DNA from: a virus
Taxonomy: Duplodnaviria; Caudoviricetes
Reading direction: 5' to 3' (one strand)
DNA: 64,000 bases
IMG/VR virus record: IMGVR_UViG_3300005330_000016
Location: 13,983 to 77,982 of that record
The notes under the pieces were generated by a model. The model did not search any database. It had not been told where the DNA came from and worked only from the letters and a program-made list of their open reading frames with translations. The translations under genes and the position numbers were made by a program. Positions 36,299 to 45,545 of the stretch are shown in pieces. Within the stretch, counting starts at the first letter, position 1. The number at the start of each line of letters is the position of its first letter.

Positions 36299-36823
36299 TC
36301 AGGCTACTTCGTCATATGCCGGCATTTTGCCCCAACCTAGCCAGCGAGCCATTCTGTTGATGGCTATAGCTCTTGGGAAGACCGGCTCGGGTTCTACGCT
36401 TGCCATGCCCAGCTTCACGTCGCGCCGCCACTCGGCCACTCTCCTGGCGATGCTCATCGGGTGAATCAACTGGTCGTGCCAGATCCTGCGCGTAGCGAGC
36501 CACCCCGGCGGTAGCTCTTCGGCTGCTCGCATCAGGTCAGCGTAGACGCACAGCACCGCTGTCGGCCCTGAGTCATACGCACCTCCCCCGCGTGGCTCAT
36601 GCTTGCAAGCCGGATCTACTGCCAGGCTATCGACCTGATGCTGCTCCAGGCAGATGCAGTAGCGCATGCGTACCTGTAGGTGCATCCACTCTTCGTTGAG
36701 ATGCTCAGCTATGTGAGCCGAACTCTTGGGTGTCTTCACCAACGCATCTAGCTCTTCCCAGTGAGCCAGCCAGAACTCGATTTTTTTGGGAGAGTAGCTA
36801 GGCTCAAACGGATCTTCGCTCAA
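36299..36823 (-). CDS. Hypothetical protein (start TTG 36823)
   Basis: TTGA overlap with DUF1064 stop. Confidence 0.55.
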   Translation of the reverse strand: MSEDPFEPSYSPKKIEFWLAHWEELDALVKTPKSSAHIAEHLNEEWMHLQVRMRYCICLEQHQVDSLAVDPACKHEPRGGGAYDSGPTAVLCVYADLMRAAEELPPGWLATRRIWHDQLIHPMSIARRVAEWRRDVKLGMASVEPEPVFPRAIAINRMARWLGWGKMPAYDEVA

Positions 36824-37299
36824 CTGTACTCCCCTCTCCACGCCGGCAGCATGCCATCGGCTAACTGCTTCTCGACAAATGGCCCGTCCTTGTCCGGCTT
36901 GGTTGCTATCCATAGCTCATGCGGCACGTTACGCTTCCATAGCTTCACCTTGAACAGAAACGCTGGCAAGATCCTTCCCTTGGCGTCAATGTACCTTGAC
37001 GGTATATCCCGGTACATCACCCAAAAGTCAACAATCAGCCGTATCTTGTCGCGCGCCTTCGGCCCGTCCAGCACGGTCACCGGCACCTGTCGCTCCCAGT
37101 CAATCACCACGCCTAGCTTCTGCTGTAGATCCAGATGTGCCGCGTACTCGGCTTCCAGGCAGGAATCGTACTTCTCGCCGCGATAGTACGCGGTTCGATT
37201 GCCCATCTTGTTGCGCTTGCCCGGCACCAACGTGATGCCCATCGCAGCAAAGCGAGCCTCTACCTCGGCGTGGTGCTTCTTGGTCGCGGCTGTAACCAT
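36820..37299 (-). CDS. DUF1064 family PD-(D/E)xK nuclease-like protein
   Basis: YDSCLEAEY, WERQVP, IVDF, IDAKG. Confidence 0.85.
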   Translation of the reverse strand: MVTAATKKHHAEVEARFAAMGITLVPGKRNKMGNRTAYYRGEKYDSCLEAEYAAHLDLQQKLGVVIDWERQVPVTVLDGPKARDKIRLIVDFWVMYRDIPSRYIDAKGRILPAFLFKVKLWKRNVPHELWIATKPDKDGPFVEKQLADGMLPAWRGEYS

Positions 37300-37482
37300 C
37301 TAAGCCGATCTCCTGCGGTACTCTCGCTGGTACTCTCGGTACCGTTCACGATTATCGTCTACCCAGCGCTTGGTCCGGATCACCATACACGGCTTGCAGT
37401 ATGCCCGTACCCTGTCGGATCCTGTTCGCCAGCCGAAGTCAATGATGTCTTTCACCTGGCCGCAGTCCGGACAACGCCTCAT
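37300..37482 (-). CDS. Zn-finger protein (CxxC..F..CKPC)
   Basis: Typical HNH-associated Zn-finger pattern. Confidence 0.6.
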   Translation of the reverse strand: MRRCPDCGQVKDIIDFGWRTGSDRVRAYCKPCMVIRTKRWVDDNRERYREYQREYRRRSA

Positions 37483-38924
37483 AACAACTCCGATTGACCA
37501 ATCACTTCACGCCCGAGTCGGTTAGCCGCGATGGCGCAGTAGCTCTCGTCCATCTCAATACCAATAGCGCGAAAGCCCTTCGCCGCCAGCAACGTGGTCC
37601 CGCTGCCCATGAACGGATCTAGCACGCAGCCATCCGGTGGAGTCACCATAGCAACCAGCCAGCGCATGAGCGCCAACGGCTTGACCGTGGGGTGCGAGTT
37701 GCCTTCGCCACGTTCTGATCGGCTGGCCTTGGCCGTGTAGAAGAATCGAGAAGCGCCGCCGGTGTCGCCATACGTATTGCTATCGTTGTAGATCGCGTCC
37801 TCAAAAACGCTGTAGGCGGTCCCATGAGAACGCTCTCGACTGTTATGGGGTTGCCGCTTACTACTCTTTAGCTCCCCGCTCATCTGATCGAGCAAGGCCG
37901 CAGCGTCTTCGTCCAGGCACACGTTGGCCGGCCAGCGACCGGCGGGGTGGCGATGGGTACCTACAGTTTCGCCGTCTGCATCACGGAATCCCCATCCATC
38001 CTGCCTGGTATTACCGCGATTCTTTGCACCCCACGTCCCCTCCAGACCGGGCGTGTGCTCAATCCTGCATCCGTCCACATTGATAGCGCCGGTGCCGTAG
38101 CGCTGGACGTTCTCAGCTACCGTGCCCTGGAGTGGTTTCCGGGCCATGATGATCGGCTCCCAGGCCGGCTTGAGCGCCGTGCCCCAGCCTTCCCACTGTT
38201 TTGCTGCGTCGGTAGCAGGGGCGGTGATTGGTGCAACGTCGCCGTGGTGTTCGAGTGTCCAAGCATCCTGGGCATACACGCCGTTACTTCCACCACCGTG
38301 CCGATTGCCTGGCCCAGTAACCTCGCGCTCAACACCCGCTGCCTTGTCGATTGCCTTGCTCACGTCCAGCGATTTGGGGAAACCTGAGCCGTACAGCCAA
38401 CTCAGGCAATCTCGAATCTCAAAGCCCGCGTCCTCAATCGCACACGTCAAGCGGTGGAAGGTTCTGCTTCCGCCAAATGCCAGCAGATGCCCGCCCGGCT
38501 TCAAGACGCGGAGTGCCTCACGCGCCCAGGCTTCGTGCCATTCCTGCATGAGCTTTGCCTGATCTGGCCGCGCACTCGGGAAATCCGGCTTGTCACAGTG
38601 ACACCGCTTGCCGCCGCCGCCCGCATCGCCCTCTGTATGGCCCCACTTCCACTTACCGCAATTACGGCACCGAACGTTGCTTGATCCATTGAAGTTCACG
38701 CGTGCAGCGCGTCCAAATACTGTCGAGCCATCATATTTCGGGATGCCGCCGTGGCTCACCTTGCCAATATCACCAAGCCGATCCCACTCCTTGCCCATAA
38801 ACTCAAGCCCGTAGGGCGGGTCGCACACGATGGCGTCGATGCTCTCCGGCTCCATCTCGGACATGGCGATACGGCAATCCGCGTTGTAGATCACGACGCC
38901 GGGTCGCTCGTAATACGGAGTCAC
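37479..38924 (-). CDS. DNA N4-cytosine/N6-adenine methyltransferase 1 (start GTG 38924)
   Basis: DPPYG, VLKPGG, WLYGSGFPKS, LKPAWEPI, HPTVKP, LDPFMGSGTT. Confidence 0.95.
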   Translation of the reverse strand: MTPYYERPGVVIYNADCRIAMSEMEPESIDAIVCDPPYGLEFMGKEWDRLGDIGKVSHGGIPKYDGSTVFGRAARVNFNGSSNVRCRNCGKWKWGHTEGDAGGGGKRCHCDKPDFPSARPDQAKLMQEWHEAWAREALRVLKPGGHLLAFGGSRTFHRLTCAIEDAGFEIRDCLSWLYGSGFPKSLDVSKAIDKAAGVEREVTGPGNRHGGGSNGVYAQDAWTLEHHGDVAPITAPATDAAKQWEGWGTALKPAWEPIIMARKPLQGTVAENVQRYGTGAINVDGCRIEHTPGLEGTWGAKNRGNTRQDGWGFRDADGETVGTHRHPAGRWPANVCLDEDAAALLDQMSGELKSSKRQPHNSRERSHGTAYSVFEDAIYNDSNTYGDTGGASRFFYTAKASRSERGEGNSHPTVKPLALMRWLVAMVTPPDGCVLDPFMGSGTTLLAAKGFRAIGIEMDESYCAIAANRLGREVIGQSELL

Positions 38925-39223
38925 GCAGCCCGAGACACCAGATGGTCTACCCGGCTCAGCGTCACGCCCCTGCCCTTGCACTTCGGGCACACAAGCCTGT
39001 ACCGCGTCACCAGCTTGTCGTGATCTTCTTCGGTCATCTCGTGGAATGTCTCGTGCGAGCACACGAAGCACGTCTGCACCCAGGTCAGCGTTGGCTCAAC
39101 CTTGACCAGCAGGCTCTTGGTCATGTCGGTACCGTGGTCTTCGCAGTACACGTCACCATCTGCCGCTAACGAACGGCAGTAATCCGCTACGCACTTTTCA
39201 ATCGCTTTGCGCGGCTTGCCCAT
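38921..39223 (-). CDS. Zn-binding hypothetical protein
   Basis: CFVC, CPKC. Confidence 0.55.
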   Translation of the reverse strand: MGKPRKAIEKCVADYCRSLAADGDVYCEDHGTDMTKSLLVKVEPTLTWVQTCFVCSHETFHEMTEEDHDKLVTRYRLVCPKCKGRGVTLSRVDHLVSRAA

Positions 39224-39331
39224 TAGGCACCCCCTTGTTGATGATCTCGCGTTGCGCTTCCAGGCAAGGGTAGCGCACCTTGCACAGCTTGCATACCGTC
39301 CTACCGTCAGTTGTCTTGGCCGGCGCGTGCT

Positions 39332-40789
39332 TCACGATACGTCCATCTCGGTGAACATCGGTGCTTCGCCTGTCACGCGATTCACTGCCTGCTGCGCATA
39401 CTCTGGATTCAACTCACAGCCGATGGCGTTACGCCCCAGTCGCTCGGCCACCATGCCCACCGTGCCACTGCCGAAGAACGGGTCAAGTACCACTTGCGGT
39501 ACGGGCGTCAGGTCCGCATGAACGCAGGTCGGTTGCCAGCCGGTGGTCGTAACTTCGGTACCAGAACTCTGCCCGTTGGTATTGTGTATGCGCTGTTGCG
39601 TCCAGCCAGTAGTAGGAGCATAAGGTATCGCGCCACGGGCTAAGCCGTCGCGTTCTTCCCGCTCGTTCCATCGCTGTTTTTCAACCACCCGCGCCCACGG
39701 CGCACCGCACTCCGGGCACTGGCCCTTCTCGGACGTGCCGGCCTTGATCATCGGCTCGACCAGCTTCGGCGGAAAGGTTGCGTAGTGCGAACCCTTGTAC
39801 GGGGCCGGATTCACGATCAGCGCAAGTGGCTCGCCGTCTTCGTCTAACTCTAGCCCCTGCCACGACTCGAAAAACCAATCGCTGTTACGACGGCTGCGAC
39901 CGGTTAGGCTGTCCGGTGCGGCACGTCCCACGCCTTCGGGTCGCGCAGCCGAGTTGCCGATTTTATCGGCTACGTGATCCTTGTATACGCCCACACCCCG
40001 GAACTCTTCGTTACGCCTGGTCGGCTCGCCTACCCTGGTACGCACCGCGTCGGCGTCCCAGTAGTAGCGAGCCGACTTGCTCAGCAGAAACACGTACTCC
40101 ACGGCTGACGCTGGTCGGTCGGTCACGCTCTCGGGCATGCTGTTGCGTTTGAGCCACGGTATCTGGCTACGCAGGTACCAGCCGTCAGCCTGTAGAGCCA
40201 TCGCCACCCTGACCGGCATCATCATCAGGTCTTTGGCCTTGAAGCCCACGTCTACCCTGGTCGGTGCAGCCGTGAAGCCCTGGCGATTGCCCTGATCACC
40301 GATGCCGTTATGCCCAGTCGGCCCCTTGCCGGATCCTGCGTAGCTATCACCCATGTTGACCCATATGCAGCCGTCGTCCCTGAGCACGCGGCGCACTGCA
40401 CGAAACACCTCTACCAGATGCTCTAGAAATAGCTCGGGTGTCGGCTCTAGCCCTAATGAGCCACACCACGCACCGCACTCGCACACTGAGCCTTGAGAAA
40501 TATCTGTCGTCCTGACCTTATCGGCGTACACCTTGGCCGGCTCGTGACTCCCTGCCCAATTGGTAAGAGTGCTACTTGGGCCGCCAAGTGTTGCGCCCAA
40601 AGTGACTCGCCGGGTGGCAGCCTCACCCCACTCATGCGCGTGCTGCGTGTCACCACCCCACACCAATGGCTCTAGCCCGTAATCTCTTAGCCCGTAGTAG
40701 GGCGGGCTGGTTACGACGCACTGCACGCTCTTCTCGGGCAGCGTAGCCAGCGTGTCAACGCAATGCCCGACCAGCAGCCGCGTAGACAT
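39332..40789 (-). CDS. DNA N4-cytosine/N6-adenine methyltransferase 2 (start ATG 40789)
   Basis: TSPPYYGLRDY, DDGCIWVNMGDSY, MPESVTDRP, HYATFP, VLDPFFGSGT. Confidence 0.95.
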   Translation of the reverse strand: MSTRLLVGHCVDTLATLPEKSVQCVVTSPPYYGLRDYGLEPLVWGGDTQHAHEWGEAATRRVTLGATLGGPSSTLTNWAGSHEPAKVYADKVRTTDISQGSVCECGAWCGSLGLEPTPELFLEHLVEVFRAVRRVLRDDGCIWVNMGDSYAGSGKGPTGHNGIGDQGNRQGFTAAPTRVDVGFKAKDLMMMPVRVAMALQADGWYLRSQIPWLKRNSMPESVTDRPASAVEYVFLLSKSARYYWDADAVRTRVGEPTRRNEEFRGVGVYKDHVADKIGNSAARPEGVGRAAPDSLTGRSRRNSDWFFESWQGLELDEDGEPLALIVNPAPYKGSHYATFPPKLVEPMIKAGTSEKGQCPECGAPWARVVEKQRWNEREERDGLARGAIPYAPTTGWTQQRIHNTNGQSSGTEVTTTGWQPTCVHADLTPVPQVVLDPFFGSGTVGMVAERLGRNAIGCELNPEYAQQAVNRVTGEAPMFTEMDVS

Positions 40790-41055
40790 CAGATCGGCAA
40801 CTCCGATGGCACGTACGTCTCGCCATCTACCGTGATCGGCTTGGGCTTCCAGTCTCGCGCATGCTTGGTCGGAACGCCCTTCGCCAGCTTCGCCGTGTTG
40901 AGCACGCCTGGGCACCGCGACTTGTTCTGGTGATCAACCTGGCATGTGCCGAACCCAAACTCGTCTAGCACCGCGCCGTGCTGTTCTTCGGCGTGATCGT
41001 GCCAGCCGTGATGTGTCTCCTGCTGATTCCAGCAAACCCCGCAAGTGTGCTTCAT
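40789..41055 (-). CDS. Hypothetical Cys/His-rich protein
   Basis: Coupled ORF; CGVC, HxxHxH. Confidence 0.5.
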   Translation of the reverse strand: MKHTCGVCWNQQETHHGWHDHAEEQHGAVLDEFGFGTCQVDHQNKSRCPGVLNTAKLAKGVPTKHARDWKPKPITVDGETYVPSELPI

Positions 41056-41663
41056 CGGACTTCACCGCACTTCGGGCATGCCGATTGGTGCCAGTCGCCT
41101 GGGCACGTACCGTCGTCTTCTTCGAGTGCCTTGGCTAGCTCAGTTACCGCGTCGTCCGGGTCTTCGGTCGGGTGTAGAGCCGCCTGGGCAACTTGGCGCA
41201 GTTGCTTCACCGTCCACTCGTTCAACTCGGCCATGTCCAGCAGCCGGTCGGCTTGCTCGTAGGTCAGGTCGCTGCTTGACACCGCTTCGTGGTGCGACCA
41301 CTCCAAAGATTCCCGGCGACGGGACGGCTCGAAGCGACTAGACACCCACGCCGCGTTCTGAAGGCTCTTCTTCTTCAGCCCAATGGCGTCAGTGAACTGA
41401 CTCGCCTCCTGACCGTAGTGCTTCTCGGCGTGGATCCACCAGTCGCCCGCGTACCAGCGCAGCCCTTCGCCCAGCTTGCGCAACGTGATGCCGACTTCTG
41501 ACCACTCGTCCATCGTCATGTCGTCGGGCAGGTTCAGGCTCGTCTTGGTCGGTCGTCCCGGCAGTACTAGCGCGTTGTCGTCCAGCACGCTGTGCACAAC
41601 GCCATTGCCGTGTCGTTCCTGATCCTGGGCCATCAGCCTCAGCATTCCCGGTCGATCACTCAT
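41052..41663 (-). CDS. LmbU-like DNA-binding / transcription regulator
   Basis: WYAGDWW..YG, LQNAAWVSSRFEPSRRRESLEWSHHEAV. Confidence 0.7.
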   Translation of the reverse strand: MSDRPGMLRLMAQDQERHGNGVVHSVLDDNALVLPGRPTKTSLNLPDDMTMDEWSEVGITLRKLGEGLRWYAGDWWIHAEKHYGQEASQFTDAIGLKKKSLQNAAWVSSRFEPSRRRESLEWSHHEAVSSSDLTYEQADRLLDMAELNEWTVKQLRQVAQAALHPTEDPDDAVTELAKALEEDDGTCPGDWHQSACPKCGEVR

Positions 41664-41977
41664 GCTACCTCTCCCTTGTAAAGCTTGCTCAGGTACTCAC
41701 GCTGTTGTTGACGAACCATCCTGCTCGGTCCGTCCACGTTAGCCTGCCAACACATCGCTGTCAAGTGCCGCATATCGCTTGGCGCTCGCTTGCCCCTGAC
41801 GCCGCCGGGCACGTCATGCACGTGGTCTACGGTCAGCTTGCCCAGCGCAAACGCACTATGCTCGTTGCCCCACTGATCCCGACATGTATGCCCACGGTTT
41901 ACGAAGAACATGAAGCACATACCGTCGCGCCGCACAACGTGATCGTGTAGCTCAGGCGTCACGGCGTCTTTCCTCAC
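41660..41977 (-). CDS. HNH endonuclease (start GTG 41977)
   Basis: VVRRDGMC..C..LTVDHVH..HLTAMCWQAN. Confidence 0.75.
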   Translation of the reverse strand: MRKDAVTPELHDHVVRRDGMCFMFFVNRGHTCRDQWGNEHSAFALGKLTVDHVHDVPGGVRGKRAPSDMRHLTAMCWQANVDGPSRMVRQQQREYLSKLYKGEVA

Positions 41978-42134
41978 GCCTCGCTCGATTCTAACCGGCC
42001 CATCAACGACAAAACACCAAACATAGCGCAGACCGCGTTTGCCCACATCCAGAGCATGTCGTCGCGGGCCATGCACCAGCCCGCGACGAACATGTTGAGC
42101 ATAAGGTTGAGCATAAGGATTAGCAGCGACAATC

Positions 42135-42800
42135 TCATGCCAACTCTCTATCTCGAAGCTCGGCCAACCGTAAGTGTTGCCGTGGTCTTCCTGTAGCGCA
42201 GAAATAGCATTGCCCAGTGCCGACAATCCACTTCGGTTTACCGCCCGGTCCCTGCGTACAAGGCTTGCCCCAGCGACCACGGCATTTGCTGTCCATCTTC
42301 CAGAACTCGCCCAACGCGAACTCCATGTATCGCTCAGGCTTTTCCTGTCGGCCCTTGCTGGTCTTGAGTACACGAGCGTTCCGGTCATAGGCGGCTTGCT
42401 TGGCTCGCTTGTCAGCGAACTCGTCATCGGTCAAACGCTTCTTCACCCGGATTCGTGCTGCATCAGCGTGGACTCGGCACCGCGATGGCTGGCCGTTCCT
42501 GTTGCGAGCACACGGCGTACCACAGTCAGCGCACCTATGCGGTGGCTCATACTTGCCGTCACGTCCACACGCCCTACAGCACGGCGCACGACCCGCTCGT
42601 GCCGCGTTGCGCAGAACGGCCTTGCAGTGGACGCAGATGTACCGCTCAATGTTGCCTTCCTTGCGTGCAGCGGCTTGACGAGCTTTGCTCTCACGCTTGC
42701 GGATACGCTCACACGCCCGGCACGTTGGGCGAACGTACGCACCCTCAAAGGGAAACAGATCAAGCGTCTTCTCAACGCCGCAATCCCGACAGGTCTTCAC
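42135..42800 (-). CDS. Multi Zn-finger hypothetical protein
   Basis: Several CxxC motifs; N-terminus KTCRDCGVEKTLDLF. Confidence 0.6.
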   Translation of the reverse strand: MKTCRDCGVEKTLDLFPFEGAYVRPTCRACERIRKRESKARQAAARKEGNIERYICVHCKAVLRNAARAGRAPCCRACGRDGKYEPPHRCADCGTPCARNRNGQPSRCRVHADAARIRVKKRLTDDEFADKRAKQAAYDRNARVLKTSKGRQEKPERYMEFALGEFWKMDSKCRGRWGKPCTQGPGGKPKWIVGTGQCYFCATGRPRQHLRLAELRDRELA

Positions 42801-43242
42801 GCCGCGTTCAACTCCTGCTTCTTGTCGCGCAGGCTCTTAGCCATCGTCCGGACCTTCTCGATTGTTTCAACTCGTTCGGGCACAGTGCGCTGTAGCTCCA
42901 TCACGGTGTCTTCGAGAAAGTCAACTGCACGAGCCGCCCAGTAGCGAGCCAGGTCGGTGTGCCCCTGCCGTTCGCACCGCTCCATCTGGTTCATGGCTAG
43001 CTTCGCCATATCGTACATCGCCAGGCTCACCCGGTATACCTCCCGGAACTTTTATCTTCTAGCGAACTACTCCGGTTACCGGTAATTGACTCACCGGGTT
43101 TTGGAGTTACGGTCTCCCGGAAAGTATCGTCTCCGGTACTACGTACGTACTGAGAAGTATTACCTTCCGCACGCGCCCGCGTACGCGTGGGTAGATCGGC
43201 CCCATACCGGAACGTGTTCCGGAACATGTTCCGGTTACTCAC
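42797..43242 (-). other. Hypothetical ORFs 42797-43030 and 43027-43242
   Basis: Coupled ORFs; the latter overlaps GTTCCGG repeats and may be partly non-coding. Confidence 0.45.
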
Positions 43243-44512
43243 CCTGCACCTTCAAGCCCCATACGCTTGGGTGACCCTTGCCGCCGCCCGGCTCCAGGGC
43301 AATCGTGTCGGGCATCCGGTTGAGCGTTGTTCGCACCTTGTCCGGTGTCGAATCTACCGCTTCCGCTAGCTCGATCAACGACGCCTTGCCGCGCTTGAGC
43401 ATCTGTCGCAATCGAGTCGGCATCGACTGGCCTTGTGCCAGGTCGGGCACGTCAATCAAGTCCTGCTCATCGAACGCAATCGGCCCGGCCAATCCGTCGA
43501 ACGCCACTCGTAATGCTAAGTCTCGGTGCTTCGGCCCGTCGTTACCTTTACGCGGATAGATGCCCAGGTCAATCACGTCGTCGTCACCGTTAGTGCCTTC
43601 CTTGGCCCGGCGGATCTCCAGCCCTTCGCGCATGCCGTTCCAGAAGAACCGACTGCCGAACGGTGACGCTTTGTTGGTCGGGTTCTTAGCGGTGTCTGCC
43701 GAGACATGTCCAATCACCAATCGCGTGCATTCCATCTGGCGTAATGCCGAGATGGCTTGACGAGCCGTGTCGTCGTCAACGAGTGATCCGGTCACGGCAA
43801 ACCCGATGCTGTCACAGACCACTAGCGAGATGTTCTTGCGGCTGATGTCTTCGATGATGCTCGGCAACTCGTCGTGGATGCTGCGCTTGCATTGGCGGTA
43901 AAGAATGCTCGGAACAGATACACCCATCCCGGCGCAGATTCGCCGCAACCTGCTGGCAACCGTCTTGCCGTTCGTTTCGAAGTCCAAGTACATCACTTTG
44001 CCTACCGCTGGTGCCGGCCCCCACGGTGTTGGCAAGCCTAACGAATGGCTCACCGACAGCATCAACGCGATCAGGCTCTTGGCGCTTTCACCGTCGCCGT
44101 ACAGGATGGTTGTTTCGTTCAGCGGAATCAGCCGATCCCACATGAACTGCACCGGCCCGGCGTCTGCCGCCAGGTCGCGCAGATCAACCGTTGGGCTACC
44201 CGCCCGCCACTCCTGCGACACCTTGCTACACGCCTGGGCTACTAGCGTGAGCCAGGTTGACTTGTCCATACCGTTGACGCGCTCAGCGAGCGTATCGGCC
44301 ATCTCACGCTGGCCCTTGACGTTCTCCAGGCCCAGGATCACCGGACCGAACGCGATGCCACGTGTCTCGGCTGTGATCGCCTCCACGGTCAGGTAGCCCT
44401 GTAGCCCGTAAAAGCCTTTATCGTTCAGACGGTTGATGCCAAAGGCTATGCCCTTGTCCTGCCATGTCAGAAAGAATGAATCACCGTGCCGTTCGTAGGC
44501 GGGCTTTTGCAT
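43235..44512 (-). CDS. RecA-family (AAA_25 / RepA-like) replicative helicase with C-terminal HTH
   Basis: YGDGESAKS Walker A, YLDFE, LVVCDS Walker B, VIGH, PFGS. Confidence 0.9.
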   Translation of the reverse strand: MQKPAYERHGDSFFLTWQDKGIAFGINRLNDKGFYGLQGYLTVEAITAETRGIAFGPVILGLENVKGQREMADTLAERVNGMDKSTWLTLVAQACSKVSQEWRAGSPTVDLRDLAADAGPVQFMWDRLIPLNETTILYGDGESAKSLIALMLSVSHSLGLPTPWGPAPAVGKVMYLDFETNGKTVASRLRRICAGMGVSVPSILYRQCKRSIHDELPSIIEDISRKNISLVVCDSIGFAVTGSLVDDDTARQAISALRQMECTRLVIGHVSADTAKNPTNKASPFGSRFFWNGMREGLEIRRAKEGTNGDDDVIDLGIYPRKGNDGPKHRDLALRVAFDGLAGPIAFDEQDLIDVPDLAQGQSMPTRLRQMLKRGKASLIELAEAVDSTPDKVRTTLNRMPDTIALEPGGGKGHPSVWGLKVQGE

Positions 44513-44515
44513 AAG

Positions 44516-45028
44516 TCAGAACTCCAGAATGCTGTCTGCTAGTGAAACCGGAACGTTGTTCCGGAACGTGTTACGGTTTGAGCCGAGAGCCGCGTTCGCT
44601 CTCCGCACGTCACCACGCCATGCGTGGGTTGCTATGTCCTGCGCCTGACTGACGAGCCGCCGCGCTTCGTGGAAGCGTTCGAGCCGCGCCAGCCAATACA
44701 TGAAGCTACCAAACTCGCCACCGCTGCTGACGTGCTCTACACGAGCCTCTACGGCGTTCATGGTCGAATGCCATACGTCGGCCCATGCCTTCGGCTCACG
44801 TGCTTGTAGCGCGTCCAGCGTGCGCTGTGCGAAGGCGTCAGGGCTGATCGGCCCGGCCACTTGCACCATCGCACGCCAGAGTGCCTTGTGCTTCCAGTCC
44901 CACAACCACTCACCCACTTCCGGGTACTGAGCGATGCGGTCGGGCACAAGCGCGAAAGCGTTGAGCACGACGGCTTCGGCCAGCGGGTCATGTGGCGCCG
45001 CTTGCCAGTCACGCTGGTACTGGTTCAC
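44516..45028 (-). CDS. DnaB N-terminal-domain-like protein (start GTG 45028)
   Basis: APHDPLAEAVVL...HKALWRAM resembles DnaB N-terminal PH.xEAEqavL...H.xIfxAm. Confidence 0.55.
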   Translation of the reverse strand: MNQYQRDWQAAPHDPLAEAVVLNAFALVPDRIAQYPEVGEWLWDWKHKALWRAMVQVAGPISPDAFAQRTLDALQAREPKAWADVWHSTMNAVEARVEHVSSGGEFGSFMYWLARLERFHEARRLVSQAQDIATHAWRGDVRRANAALGSNRNTFRNNVPVSLADSILEF

Positions 45029-45545
45029 TTCTCGGTACGTCCCTGGCGCAGTAGAGCCGACCACCAACGAACCGACCACCAGCACCGCGCAACACAACCG
45101 TGTTACAGGCTGAGCATCGGGCTTCGGTATCCGGAGCGCGTTCCGGAACATGTGACGGTTCGTCTTTAGCCGACAGGTACAGACCAACGCCCAGCGCAGC
45201 CGCGCACTTCTTGAGTGCGTCAGATGCCGCGCCCTTCATGTCCATGCCGATCTCGATGTGCGAGCCGTCACGCTTCTTATTGCGTTGCTGCGAGCCGAAC
45301 TGCTCACGTACCGCATGCTCGCCACCGGCTGTGACCACCAGCCGCCCGCGCACCCACTCTTCATCGGTGCTCTCGTGGTAGCCGTGTTCTACGATCTCGA
45401 ACGACCAGCCAAAGACACCGAGAGCCGTGTTCAACCTTGTGATTACCTGCTCCGTGGTGACGTAGGTCAGGTCAATGCCGCTGATGCGCCGCGAGTGCGT
45501 TGTCTCGAACGGCGCAGCTAGCTCTTCGTAGATTGGATCCATCAT
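45009..45545 (-). CDS. Rad52/Rad22-family single-strand annealing recombinase (Sak-like)
   Basis: LTYVTTEQVITRLN, GWSFEI, KGAASDALKKCAAALGVGLYL. Confidence 0.92.
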   Translation of the reverse strand: MMDPIYEELAAPFETTHSRRISGIDLTYVTTEQVITRLNTALGVFGWSFEIVEHGYHESTDEEWVRGRLVVTAGGEHAVREQFGSQQRNKKRDGSHIEIGMDMKGAASDALKKCAAALGVGLYLSAKDEPSHVPERAPDTEARCSACNTVVLRGAGGRFVGGRLYCARDVPRSEPVPA

